From the NCBI GenBank assembly GCA_950069165.1, contig CATMIT010000003.1:1-40719 (forward strand): a stretch of 40,719 bases of DNA, given 5' to 3'. Shown here piece after piece: positions 21,094 to 29,498 of this stretch. Positions within the stretch are counted from its first letter, which is position 1. Each line of letters starts with the position of its first letter. Origin of the DNA: an uncultured Flavobacteriales bacterium. Its GTDB lineage: Bacteria > Bacteroidota > Bacteroidia > Flavobacteriales > BACL11. A program made the translations under genes and the position numbers. A model generated the notes under the pieces. That model ran no database searches. It saw only the letters and a list, made by a program, of their open reading frames with translations, and was not told where the DNA came from.

Positions 21094-21928
21094 ATTTCAC
21101 TATAATAATAATTGCCGATTTATCCAGGCTAAGTTGCATGACAACAGGATATTTTGTTTTGCTATCTACTAACTCAATTCGGCTGGTGTTAGGAGGAGAT
21201 GTCCCCAAACCAATGGCTTTTATCTCAATTGTATTTTCGCCTTTTTGTAATTTGTATTTTATTTTTTTACGTTTTCGTTTTGTTTCATATTCGTTAAGAA
21301 TAATCTTCCCATTGATGATTAGCTGAATTTTATCACCATCCTCCTCATTTGCATCCCAGAGGTAAAGTGTAAGTTTTTCACTCTCCCAATTAAGCACAAA
21401 ATCATCCCCGTCTTTTAGTTGTTTGGTCTGCAAAACAGTAGGCCTTTTTTCTTCAAACTTTTCTATCCTCTTTTTTATCTTCTTTATTTTTTTCTCCAAT
21501 TTCTCTTTTTCCATAAGCAGAATTTTACCACTTGCGCAAGTATCATTATTAGCAAACAAGCCCACAAACTCCCCCTCCAGGCGTTTGTTTCCCAATCGTC
21601 CTTTGATATACAAATTGGCGTGAATAAAACAGAAAGTACTTAAATCTGCTTCCGAGCTTGTGCTAAGTATTTGTGTTTCCTGCAATTGGAAAGATTTATC
21701 CTTTTTGAAATAAATGCCACTGAGATCACTTTTAGTCTCATCAGGGTTGCCTATATTGGTAAGGGAATAACCATTTACCACTCCATTTTCCTCATTAAAA
21801 TGAATACTGAAACTTATGGCAGAATTGTTAGGCAATAATAAAGTTCCTAAATAATTGAACTTTGTAGTTTGTTGTGCATTAGCAAAACCAATAAATAAAC
21901 TAAAAATAATGAAAATGGACTTTTGCAT
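21092..21928 (-). CDS. Exported hypothetical protein
   Basis: 278-aa ORF with a Sec signal peptide (…FANA/QQ), a charged linker and a C-terminal WD..EDGD…PPNT segment. Function not recognised. Confidence 0.75.
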   Translation of the reverse strand: MQKSIFIIFSLFIGFANAQQTTKFNYLGTLLLPNNSAISFSIHFNEENGVVNGYSLTNIGNPDETKSDLSGIYFKKDKSFQLQETQILSTSSEADLSTFCFIHANLYIKGRLGNKRLEGEFVGLFANNDTCASGKILLMEKEKLEKKIKKIKKRIEKFEEKRPTVLQTKQLKDGDDFVLNWESEKLTLYLWDANEEDGDKIQLIINGKIILNEYETKRKRKKIKYKLQKGENTIEIKAIGLGTSPPNTSRIELVDSKTKYPVVMQLSLDKSAIIIIVK

Positions 21929-21932
21929 GGTG

Positions 21933-21940
21933 CAAAACTA
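21933..21940 (-). promoter_or_regulatory. Bacteroidota -7 element for the hypothetical gene
   Basis: Minus strand TAGTTTTG, 4 nt before the ATG at 21928. Confidence 0.5.
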
Positions 21941-21993
21941 TTAAAGAAAAGGCAATTTACTATGCTAAGCATAATACTTTATTTTAAATGCTT

Positions 21994-22001
21994 TATTTTT
22001 G
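21994..22001 (+). promoter_or_regulatory. Bacteroidota -7 element for the small membrane-protein array
   Basis: TATTTTTG, 29 nt before the ATG at 22031. Confidence 0.5.
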
Positions 22002-22030
22002 TATCGTTAGTATTCAAAACATTTTGAATT

Positions 22031-22336
22031 ATGCGAAAACTAATACTGCTTTTAATTACACTTACTATAATAACAAATGTAAGTTATGCTTCTTTTCCTG
22101 TTACAAAACCTGAAGAGGTTCCAGATAATATGCCTTGGTATTTGCAAATCCTAGTTGGTTTTATTTTCGCAACACTATTTGCAATTGTTTACTATTTTTA
22201 TAAAAAATATAAAAGTTATAATTTAATTGAGGATGATAAAATAAGAGTAAGAAAGAAAACAAAATTTCAAATTACTATTGCTTTAATCGTACTTGGGTTT
22301 TTAATTCTTGGTATGTCAGCAATGTCTATGAATTAG
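22031..22336 (+). CDS. Small membrane protein, conserved-leader array copy 1
   Basis: MRKLILLLITLTIITNVSYASFPV leader, then two hydrophobic segments separated by a Lys/Arg-rich loop. Confidence 0.8.
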   Translation: MRKLILLLITLTIITNVSYASFPVTKPEEVPDNMPWYLQILVGFIFATLFAIVYYFYKKYKSYNLIEDDKIRVRKKTKFQITIALIVLGFLILGMSAMSMN

Positions 22337-22339
22337 AAA

Positions 22340-22660
22340 ATGAAAAAACTAATACTAATTTTAATAACGCTAACTACACTTACAAATGTGAGTTATGCTT
22401 CTTATCCTGTAACTGAAAGCCTACAAACTGAAATTATTGAAAACGCTACCATCCTCAATACGCCTGAGTCTTCTCTGTACATGATTTTGGGATTCTTTGT
22501 TGGGTTCTTTAGTTGGTTTCTCCTGCTTTTACCTCTTTTATTGTTGTTTGTTCCTAATAAAAGTTTCAGAATTGGGATTATTTCTGGCTTTTTGGTTATG
22601 CTTATTTTACTTGTATTCTTTTTAGGTGGTATTGGTTTTGGTTCTGTGATGGGGGGATAA
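22340..22660 (+). CDS. Small membrane protein, conserved-leader array copy 2
   Basis: MKKLILILITLTTLTNVSYASYPV leader, then two hydrophobic segments and a Gly-rich end. Confidence 0.8.
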   Translation: MKKLILILITLTTLTNVSYASYPVTESLQTEIIENATILNTPESSLYMILGFFVGFFSWFLLLLPLLLLFVPNKSFRIGIISGFLVMLILLVFFLGGIGFGSVMGG

Positions 22661-22671
22661 AAAAGAAAACA

Positions 22672-22989
22672 ATGAAAAAATTACTCTTACTTTTAATTAC
22701 ACTTACTACATTTGTAAATGTGAGTTATGCTTCATTCCCTGTTGTTGCTAGTTTTGAAAATAAATTATCTACAAACATTCCGATTGGAGAGATTTTAGGA
22801 CCTTTGTTTGGTCTTACTCTACTGGTTACGGCATTTTATATTTTTAATCGATTTTTTAGAAAAGGTAATACTGTAAGAAGATGGATGTGGTAAAATTTTT
22901 GGTTATTACTTGGTTCCCTTGTATTGTTATTGATCTTAATTTTCGGTATAGTTATTGCAATTTATGGCGGTGGTGTTAGTGGTGGGTAA
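22672..22989 (+). pseudogene. Small membrane protein, conserved-leader array copy 3, with internal TAA at 22891-22893
   Basis: MKKLLLLLITLTTFVNVSYASFPV leader. The same frame continues past the TAA as NFWLLLGSLVLLLILIFGIVIAIYGGGVSGG to a TAA ending at 22989, giving 105 codons, similar to its siblings. Confidence 0.65.
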
Positions 22990-22994
22990 TAACA

Positions 22995-23026
22995 AAAAAT
23001 CCCCACCAATAATGGCAGGGATTTTT
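22995..23026. terminator. Likely bidirectional terminator between the array and groEL
   Basis: AAAAATCCC…GGGATTTTT inverted repeat with an imperfect inner stem and A/T runs on both sides. Confidence 0.65.
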
Positions 23027-23049
23027 AATAAACATCTAACGCAATGGGT

Positions 23050-24681
23050 TTACATCATTCCTGGCATACCGCCACCACCCATAGGAGGCATAGCTGGTTC
23101 GTTTTCAGGAATATCAGCAATTACGCATTCAGTTGTAAGCAACATTCCCGCCACTGATGCCGCATGCTCTAAAGCAATACGAACTACTTTTACTGGGTCA
23201 ATAACCCCTGCTTTGTAGAGGTTTTCGTATTTTTCTGTTTTGGCATTAAAACCAAAATCTTCTTTTCCCTCTTTTATTTTAGCAACCACTACCGAGCTTT
23301 CCACACCAGCATTTTCTACTATTTGTCTTAGTGGCTCTTCCACTGCTCTTTCAATAATGCTGATACCTGTTTTCTCATCTTCATTTTCAGCTTTTACTTT
23401 AGAAAGCGAATCAGCAGCCCTTACAATAGCCACTCCACCACCTGGAACAATTCCTTCTTCCACAGCAGCTCTGGTTGCAGCTAATGCATCATCTACTCTG
23501 TCTTTCTTTTCTTTCATTTCAATTTCAGATGCAGCCCCAATGTACAACACCGCAACTCCACCAGCTAATTTAGCCAATCTTTCCTGTAGTTTTTCTCTAT
23601 CATAGTCAGAAGTGGTGCTTTCAATTTGTGCTTTGATTTGGTTTACTCTTGCTTTAATATCCGATTTGTTTCCTGCTCCATTTATAATGGTTGTATTGTC
23701 CTTATCAATTATAATTTTTTCAGCTCCTCCCAACATTTCAATAGTAGTTGCATCCAATTTAAAACCTCTTTCTTCCGACACTACAGTTCCTGATGTAAGA
23801 ATTGCGATATCTTCCAACATGGCTTTTCTTCTATCTCCAAACCCTGGCGCTTTAACGGCTGCTACTTTTAGGGACCCTCTTAGTTTGTTTACTACCAAAG
23901 TAGATAATGCTTCTCCATCCACATCTTCTGCAATAATTAAAAGTGGTCTTCCATCTTGTGCGGTTTGTTCCAATATTGGCAATAAGTCCTTCATTGCCGA
24001 TATCTTTTTGTCATAAATAAGGATATAAGGATTTTCCAGTTCGGTTTCCATTTTGTCGGCATCCGTAATAAAATAAGGAGAAAGGTAACCTCTGTCAAAC
24101 TGCATTCCTTCCACTACTTCCACAGTGGTTTCCGTTCCTTTTGCTTCCTCCACAGTAATAACCCCCTCTGTTTTTACTTTTTTCATTGCTTCCGCAATAA
24201 GTTCACCAATGATGTTGTCATTATTGGCAGAAATTGCCGCTACTTGCTCAATCTTCTCATAGCTATTTCCCACTTCTTTTGATTGTTTTTTAAGGTCAGC
24301 AACAATAGCCGCTACTGCTTTGTCAATTCCTCTTTTTAAATCCATTGGGTTCGCGCCAGCAGCTACATTTTTAAGTCCTGAACTAATTATTGCTTGTCCT
24401 AAAAGCGTTGCGGTAGTAGTACCATCTCCTGCCAAATCTGCAGTTTTTGATGCTACTTCTTTTAGCATTTGTGCACCCATGTTTTCGATAGGGTCTGCCA
24501 GTTCAATTTCTTTTGCTACAGTTACACCATCTTTTGTAATGGATGGTCCTCCAAATTTTTTGTCAATAATTACATTTCTTCCTTTTGGACCTAATGTAAC
24601 TTTTACTGCATTTGCAAGGGCATCTGCCCCTCTTTTAAGAGCATCTCTTGCCTGTGTGTCAAATGTGATTTCTTTTGCCAT
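23050..24681 (-). CDS. groEL: Chaperonin GroEL
   Basis: [32 protein letters not shown] and a GGM tail. Confidence 0.99.
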   Translation of the reverse strand: MAKEITFDTQARDALKRGADALANAVKVTLGPKGRNVIIDKKFGGPSITKDGVTVAKEIELADPIENMGAQMLKEVASKTADLAGDGTTTATLLGQAIISSGLKNVAAGANPMDLKRGIDKAVAAIVADLKKQSKEVGNSYEKIEQVAAISANNDNIIGELIAEAMKKVKTEGVITVEEAKGTETTVEVVEGMQFDRGYLSPYFITDADKMETELENPYILIYDKKISAMKDLLPILEQTAQDGRPLLIIAEDVDGEALSTLVVNKLRGSLKVAAVKAPGFGDRRKAMLEDIAILTSGTVVSEERGFKLDATTIEMLGGAEKIIIDKDNTTIINGAGNKSDIKARVNQIKAQIESTTSDYDREKLQERLAKLAGGVAVLYIGAASEIEMKEKKDRVDDALAATRAAVEEGIVPGGGVAIVRAADSLSKVKAENEDEKTGISIIERAVEEPLRQIVENAGVESSVVVAKIKEGKEDFGFNAKTEKYENLYKAGVIDPVKVVRIALEHAASVAGMLLTTECVIADIPENEPAMPPMGGGGMPGMM

Positions 24682-24708
24682 TTCATTTATTTTTTAGTTT
24701 ATTATTAA

Positions 24709-24990
24709 TTATCCGATTATTGCAAGTATGTCCGATTCCTTCATGATAAGGTAGTCCTCTCCATCATATTTAAGTTCGGTTCCAGCATATTTTCCATACA
24801 ATACTAAATCCCCTTTTTTTACAGTAATAGGATTGTCTTTTGTGCCTTTCCCTACAGCCACAATACTTCCTTTTTGTGGTTTTTCTTGTGCGGTATCAGG
24901 AATAATAATTCCAGAAGCTGTTTTGGTTTCTGCTGCAGATGGGTGCACAAGCACTCTATCTGCAAGAGGTGTAATTTTTGTTTTAGTCAT
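24709..24990 (-). CDS. groES: Co-chaperonin GroES
   Basis: [23 protein letters not shown]. Confidence 0.98.
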   Translation of the reverse strand: MTKTKITPLADRVLVHPSAAETKTASGIIIPDTAQEKPQKGSIVAVGKGTKDNPITVKKGDLVLYGKYAGTELKYDGEDYLIMKESDILAIIG

Positions 24991-25033
24991 TTTTTATTTT
25001 TTTAATTTAAAATTTAGTTCTGCAAACTATAAC

Positions 25034-25050
25034 TGCATAAAGCGTGCCAA
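25034..25050 (-). promoter_or_regulatory. Putative sigma54 (-24/-12) promoter for groES-groEL
   Basis: Minus strand TTGGCACGCTTTATGCA has GG-N10-GC spacing and is one mismatch from TGGCACG-N4-TTGCW. Confidence 0.72.
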
Positions 25051-25059
25051 ATGGGGCAA

Positions 25060-25151
25060 TGTGTAAGTTTGTCAGTTTTATTAGTGTTACTGTGTAAGTT
25101 TGTCAGTTTTATTAGTGTTACTGTGTAAGTTTGTCAGTTTTATTAGTGTTA
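25060..25151. repeat. 31-bp tandem repeat x3
   Basis: TGTGTAAGTTTGTCAGTTTTATTAGTGTTAC at 25060-25090 and 25091-25121, and its first 30 nt at 25122-25151; no spacers. Confidence 0.95.
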
Positions 25152-25152
25152 A

Positions 25153-25488
25153 CTATTGCTCTTCCTGTATAGGAGTGCCGACAGGCAAGTTCGGTATTTG
25201 CTGTGGCACAAGCGACTGATCGATTTGCTCTTGCATTATTGATTCTGGCTCATCTGTGTTTGTTCTTGGAATAGCAAAGTTAGAAAGCAAGCTAAGCGAA
25301 ATAAGTGCTATTGCCAATGTCCAAGTTGCTTTTTCCAAAAAGTCAGTGGTTTGTTTAGCGCCCATCATTTGGCTTGCCCCACCACCAAAAGTAGAAGAAA
25401 GTCCGCCTCCTTTTGGGTTTTGCACTAGCACAACTAACACCAGTAGAATACAGCAAATAATAATAAGGATTGCAAAAATTGTATACAT
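25153..25488 (-). CDS. secG: Preprotein translocase subunit SecG
   Basis: TM-VQNPKGGGLSSTFGG…LEKATW-TM. Confidence 0.93.
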   Translation of the reverse strand: MYTIFAILIIICCILLVLVVLVQNPKGGGLSSTFGGGASQMMGAKQTTDFLEKATWTLAIALISLSLLSNFAIPRTNTDEPESIMQEQIDQSLVPQQIPNLPVGTPIQEEQ

Positions 25489-25489
25489 T

Positions 25490-26191
25490 TTATTTTTCTT
25501 TTAAGTCGTAAATTAATTTTATTTGGTTTGCAAAGGAACCACTTTTTTGTGGATATTTCAAACTTAATTTCTCATAAGCTGCTATGGCCTTTTTGTAATG
25601 CCCCTGTTCTAGATATACCCTTGCCAAAGTTTCGGTTACAATCTCCTGATTTTCTATTAAACTTTGCTCTGCCGATTTCGAAGGCGAGAAAAATTCTTCT
25701 CTTTTTGGCTTGTTGATCCTTGGCTCTTGCTCAATAAATTTGTTAATCAAATTTTCACTGCTTTGCTGTTTTCTGTCAATCTTTTTAACTTTTGTAAGTG
25801 CAAGCCACTCTGCAAAAGAATGGGTTTCATTTTCGGTGAATTCTAGTGGTTTGCCAATTTCCAATTCTTTTTCTGGGGTTGCTGTTTCTGGTTTTTGCTC
25901 TATCTTTACCATTTCTTTTTCAGCAGTTGGTTTCTCAATAATTTCCTCAGCAACTTTCACATTTTCAGTAATAAGATTGAAAAGTAGTTTCCTATTCCCA
26001 GCATAGGCAGCTGCCTTTCTGAGTTGAGAATTATAACTAATGCTATCGGTATTGTAAAGCCCTTTGGCGTAGAGAAGTTGCATGCTGGTGAAATAAGGAA
26101 ATGCCTGCAAACTAATGCGCATATCGGCAATTTCTGCTTTTCCAATATCCATTGGATTTTGTATATTTTCTATGAGTTTTTCGTTTCGCAT
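25490..26191 (-). CDS. Conserved hypothetical TPR-like protein
   Basis: C-terminal TETLARVYLEQGHYKKAIAAYEKL TPR-like helix pair. ATG at 26191 overlaps the lptE stop. Confidence 0.72.
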   Translation of the reverse strand: MRNEKLIENIQNPMDIGKAEIADMRISLQAFPYFTSMQLLYAKGLYNTDSISYNSQLRKAAAYAGNRKLLFNLITENVKVAEEIIEKPTAEKEMVKIEQKPETATPEKELEIGKPLEFTENETHSFAEWLALTKVKKIDRKQQSSENLINKFIEQEPRINKPKREEFFSPSKSAEQSLIENQEIVTETLARVYLEQGHYKKAIAAYEKLSLKYPQKSGSFANQIKLIYDLKEK

Positions 26192-26697
26192 TACCAATTC
26201 ACCACTGCTTTGTTGAAAATATCTTCTGCCAATTCGTTTGTAATCTGTTCGATTAAATCTTCTTCAACATCTGCTAAACTTTGGCTACTAACATAATCGG
26301 CATAACGAGAAAATTTTTGCTCAAAATTTTCGCTTTCATCTTTTGTATTTTCAAACTTTACTTTGACCACAATGGTTAAGCGGTTTTGTGCTGCCTGCTC
26401 ATTGGCTTGAATAGCAATGGGCTTTATTTCATATTTTACAATTTCTCCACTAAAATTTAAATCGCCTTCATCTGCTTCCAAGCTAAGGTTGGTTTGCTCC
26501 AAAAAATAATCTTTCAGCCGTTCGGTAAACACCTGGCTAAGGGTAGGCTGAATAGTAGCTGCACGGTTTGGAAAATACTGTACCGAAACCGTTTTCACAT
26601 CCGGCGAAATGGATGCGCCAGTAAAAGAATAAAAGCCACAAGAGCTTAAAAAAACCATACTAAAAACAACTGCTATTTTGCTACATAATTTAGGCAT
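26191..26697 (-). CDS. lptE: LptE-family lipoprotein (LPS assembly)
   Basis: Lipobox LSSC followed by GFYSFTGASI, NRLTI and a terminal VNW, as in Bacteroidota LptE-like proteins. Confidence 0.75.
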   Translation of the reverse strand: MPKLCSKIAVVFSMVFLSSCGFYSFTGASISPDVKTVSVQYFPNRAATIQPTLSQVFTERLKDYFLEQTNLSLEADEGDLNFSGEIVKYEIKPIAIQANEQAAQNRLTIVVKVKFENTKDESENFEQKFSRYADYVSSQSLADVEEDLIEQITNELAEDIFNKAVVNW

Positions 26698-27869
26698 TAC
26701 AAATCAAATTCTTTAATTTTTCTATACAATGTTCGTTCTGAAATCCCCAACTCTTCTGCCGCATATTTTCGCTTTCCTTTGTGTTTTCCCAAAGCCCTTT
26801 CAATCAATATTTTTTCTTGCTGAAAAAGGGATAAATTTTGCGAGACTTCAATGGTTTCTCCAGAATTTTTATTTGGCAACAAAGTTACATTTCCATCCGT
26901 CATATCATCAAATACTTTTGCAGAAGTTCCATCTGTTTGTCCTTGTTTTTGCATCAAATCCACAGTTATTTTCTTTAAATCCGTAAGATCTTTTTTCATA
27001 TCAAAAAGCACTTTGTAAAGAATCTCTCTTTCGGATAGCTCTCCGCTATTTTCTCCTTCAAAAAGCACAGGCATTTTCTGCTCAGTTGTACTTTTCGGAA
27101 TATAAGTATTCAAAGTATCGGCCGTAATATTTCTTTCTTTTTCAATAACTGAAATTTGCGCCACAAAGTTTTTCAGTTGACGGATATTTCCTGGCCAAGG
27201 GTAATTTTTTAGCATTTCCATAGCATCCTCACTAAGACGGATAGGAGGGGTGTTGTATTTGTCGGCAAAATCGGCTGCAAATTTTTTGAAAAGCAAATGT
27301 ATGTCTTCTTTACGATTTCGTAAAGCAGGAATTTGAATACTAACAGTATTCAAGCGGTAAAATAAATCCTCTCGGAATCTTCCTTTTCTAAGGGCCTCTT
27401 GTATATTCACATTGGTAGCCGCCACAATCCTTACATCTGTTTTTTGTGCTTTGGAAGAGCCTACTTTCATAAATTCACCACTTTCCAAAACACGCAACAA
27501 TCTTACTTGTGTAGATAATGGTAATTCTGCAACTTCATCTAAAAAAATAGTACCACCATCTGCCACTTCAAAGTATCCTTTTCTGGAATCGTGCGCGCCA
27601 GTAAATGCCCCTTTTTCATGTCCAAAAAGTTCCGAATCAATAGTCCCTTCTGGAATTGCGCCACAGTTTACAGCCACATAATTGTTGTGTTTTCTTTTGC
27701 TATTCTGATGAATTATTTTTGGAATACTTTCTTTTCCCGTTCCGCTTTCGCCATACACAAAAACAGAAATATCGGTAGGGGAAACTTGCAAGGCTACATC
27801 AATTGCACGAATTAGTTCAGCATCATTACCAATTATTCCAAATCTTTGTTTTGCCTGTTTTGTATCCAT
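26697..27869 (-). CDS. Sigma54-dependent enhancer-binding protein (AAA+ plus Fis HTH), no N-terminal sensor domain
   Basis: GESGTGKE Walker A, ELFGHEKGAFTGA, FLDEV Walker B, FREDLFYRL, WPGNIRQL, and HTH AAEELGISERTLYRK. Confidence 0.92.
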   Translation of the reverse strand: MDTKQAKQRFGIIGNDAELIRAIDVALQVSPTDISVFVYGESGTGKESIPKIIHQNSKRKHNNYVAVNCGAIPEGTIDSELFGHEKGAFTGAHDSRKGYFEVADGGTIFLDEVAELPLSTQVRLLRVLESGEFMKVGSSKAQKTDVRIVAATNVNIQEALRKGRFREDLFYRLNTVSIQIPALRNRKEDIHLLFKKFAADFADKYNTPPIRLSEDAMEMLKNYPWPGNIRQLKNFVAQISVIEKERNITADTLNTYIPKSTTEQKMPVLFEGENSGELSEREILYKVLFDMKKDLTDLKKITVDLMQKQGQTDGTSAKVFDDMTDGNVTLLPNKNSGETIEVSQNLSLFQQEKILIERALGKHKGKRKYAAEELGISERTLYRKIKEFDL

Positions 27870-27870
27870 T

Positions 27871-29319
27871 TTATATTACTTTTCCTTTGAGTGTTGCGGC
27901 TGTGCAGTCCTGAATCTGTACTTTTACATAAGTTCCTTTTTTATGTTTATTTTTAGCAAAAACAACTACTTTATTTTGCCTTGTTCTCCCATACAATTTT
28001 TCAGCAGATTTTTTGGAAGTTCCCTCAATCAAAACCTCATAAGTTTTGCCGATAGTTTCCTTATTTCTAAGTAAAGAATGCGCCATTTGTTTTTCAATTA
28101 TTTCGGTCAATCTTTTTTGTTTTATTTCCTCTGGGACATTATCTTTCCATTTCCTTTGCGCTGGAGTATTTGGTCTTTCAGAATACTTGAACATATAGCC
28201 AAAATCAAAAATTACTTTATCCATTAAACCCAAAGTATCTTTGTGGTCAATATCACTTTCAGTGCAAAATCCAGAAATCATATCCATGGAAACAGCACAA
28301 TCGGGCAAAATTTCGTGAATCTTTTCTATTCTTTGCAAATATTCTTCTTTGGTATAACCTCTGTTCATTTTTTTCAAAATATGATTGCTTCCAGATTGAA
28401 CAGGCAAATGAATGTAGTTGCAAATGTTGTCATATTTCGACATTATATGTAACACATCATCTGTCATGTCTTGCGGGTTAGATGTTGAAAATCGAATCCT
28501 CAATTTCGGACTTACCTTAGCAACTAATTCCATTAATTGAGCAAAACTCACACTCTCTTTTTGCTTTTTTTTATTTAAATTTTTGAACTCTTTTTTTAAT
28601 CCACCTCCATGCCAAAGGTAGGAATCTACATTTTGCCCTAAAAGGGTAACCTCCCTGAATCCATCCGCAATCAATTGCTTGCATTCCTTTACTATACTTT
28701 CCGGATCTCGGCTTCTCTCTCTGCCTCTTGTAAAAGGCACTACACAAAAAGTACACATATTATCGCAACCTCTAGTAATAGAAACAAAAGCCGTAACCCC
28801 ATTTCCGCCCAAACGAACAGGGCTAATTTCAGCATATGTTTCTTCTTTTGAGAGGATTACATTTACCGCTTTTCTGCCGTCATCCACTTGTTTTATAAGG
28901 TTAGGTAAATCTCGGTATGCATCTGGTCCTACCACAATATCTACTAACTTTTCCTCTTCCAAAAATTTTTCTTTTAACCTTTCGGCCATACAGCCCAAAA
29001 CACCGACAATCATTCCTGGGTTTTTCTTTTTCTTAATGGAATTATAGACTTGCAATCTTTTTCTTATCGTTTGTTCGGCCTTTTCTCTGATTGAGCAAGT
29101 ATTTACAAATACCAAATCAGCCTTTTCAATATCCTTTGTAGTTGAAAATCCTTCTCCAGAAAGTATGGAGGCTACAATCTCAGAATCGGAGAAATTCATC
29201 TGGCAACCATAACTTTCTATATACACTTTTTTACTGTCATTTTTAGCAGTAGAAAGCGATAATGATTCACCTTGTCTTTTTTCGTCTATCTGTTTTTCTA
29301 TCAAATTCTCAAAATCCAT
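27871..29319 (-). CDS. miaB: tRNA-i6A37 methylthiotransferase
   Basis: SYGCQMN, NTCSIRE, GCMAE, radical [12 protein letters not shown] and a C-terminal TRAM domain. Confidence 0.95.
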   Translation of the reverse strand: MDFENLIEKQIDEKRQGESLSLSTAKNDSKKVYIESYGCQMNFSDSEIVASILSGEGFSTTKDIEKADLVFVNTCSIREKAEQTIRKRLQVYNSIKKKKNPGMIVGVLGCMAERLKEKFLEEEKLVDIVVGPDAYRDLPNLIKQVDDGRKAVNVILSKEETYAEISPVRLGGNGVTAFVSITRGCDNMCTFCVVPFTRGRERSRDPESIVKECKQLIADGFREVTLLGQNVDSYLWHGGGLKKEFKNLNKKKQKESVSFAQLMELVAKVSPKLRIRFSTSNPQDMTDDVLHIMSKYDNICNYIHLPVQSGSNHILKKMNRGYTKEEYLQRIEKIHEILPDCAVSMDMISGFCTESDIDHKDTLGLMDKVIFDFGYMFKYSERPNTPAQRKWKDNVPEEIKQKRLTEIIEKQMAHSLLRNKETIGKTYEVLIEGTSKKSAEKLYGRTRQNKVVVFAKNKHKKGTYVKVQIQDCTAATLKGKVI

Positions 29320-29338
29320 TTTCTTTATTTTCGGGCAG

Positions 29339-29346
29339 CAAAGTTA
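29339..29346 (-). promoter_or_regulatory. Bacteroidota -7 element for miaB
   Basis: Minus strand TAACTTTG, 19 nt before the ATG. Confidence 0.55.
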
Positions 29347-29357
29347 AATAAAAAATC

Positions 29358-29378
29358 TGTCAAACTGACAATGTGGCA
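29358..29378. promoter_or_regulatory. Putative regulator binding site TGTCA-AAC-TGACA-ATG-TGGCA
   Basis: Inverted repeat TGTCA/TGACA plus a third half-site with 8-bp period; shares AAACTGACAA with the groES upstream repeat. Confidence 0.5.
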
Positions 29379-29498
29379 GAATTTCAATTTTCTTATATTA
29401 TTTATAATATAATGGATGTGTCAGTAAAAATTGGATTTGGATAAGTTAAAAAAACTTTATTTTCTTTGCACAAAATTTAGAAATCAAATAATTAAGGT

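Noticed and set aside
22031-22989. Integron cassette array or diversity-generating retroelement
   Set aside because: Intergenic gaps of 3 and 11 nt leave no room for attC sites. There is no integrase or reverse transcriptase in the window, and the differences are not adenine-specific.
22955-23218. 87-aa ORF on + strand
   Set aside because: It crosses the terminator and runs antisense into the groEL 3' end; a shadow ORF.
23240-24697. Long antisense ORFs opposite groEL (similar ones opposite ftsZ, ftsA, topA, miaB, gldM and gldN)
   Set aside because: They lie within strongly conserved genes on the other strand, have no recognisable motifs, and are expected from codon bias.
25060-25151. CRISPR array
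   Set aside because: The 31-bp units abut directly with no unique spacers, and there are no cas genes in the window.
25126-25152. CIRCE element upstream of groES
   Set aside because: TAGTGTTAA resembles the right arm (GAGTGCTAA), but the position of the left arm reads TAAGTTTGT, not TTAGCACTC.
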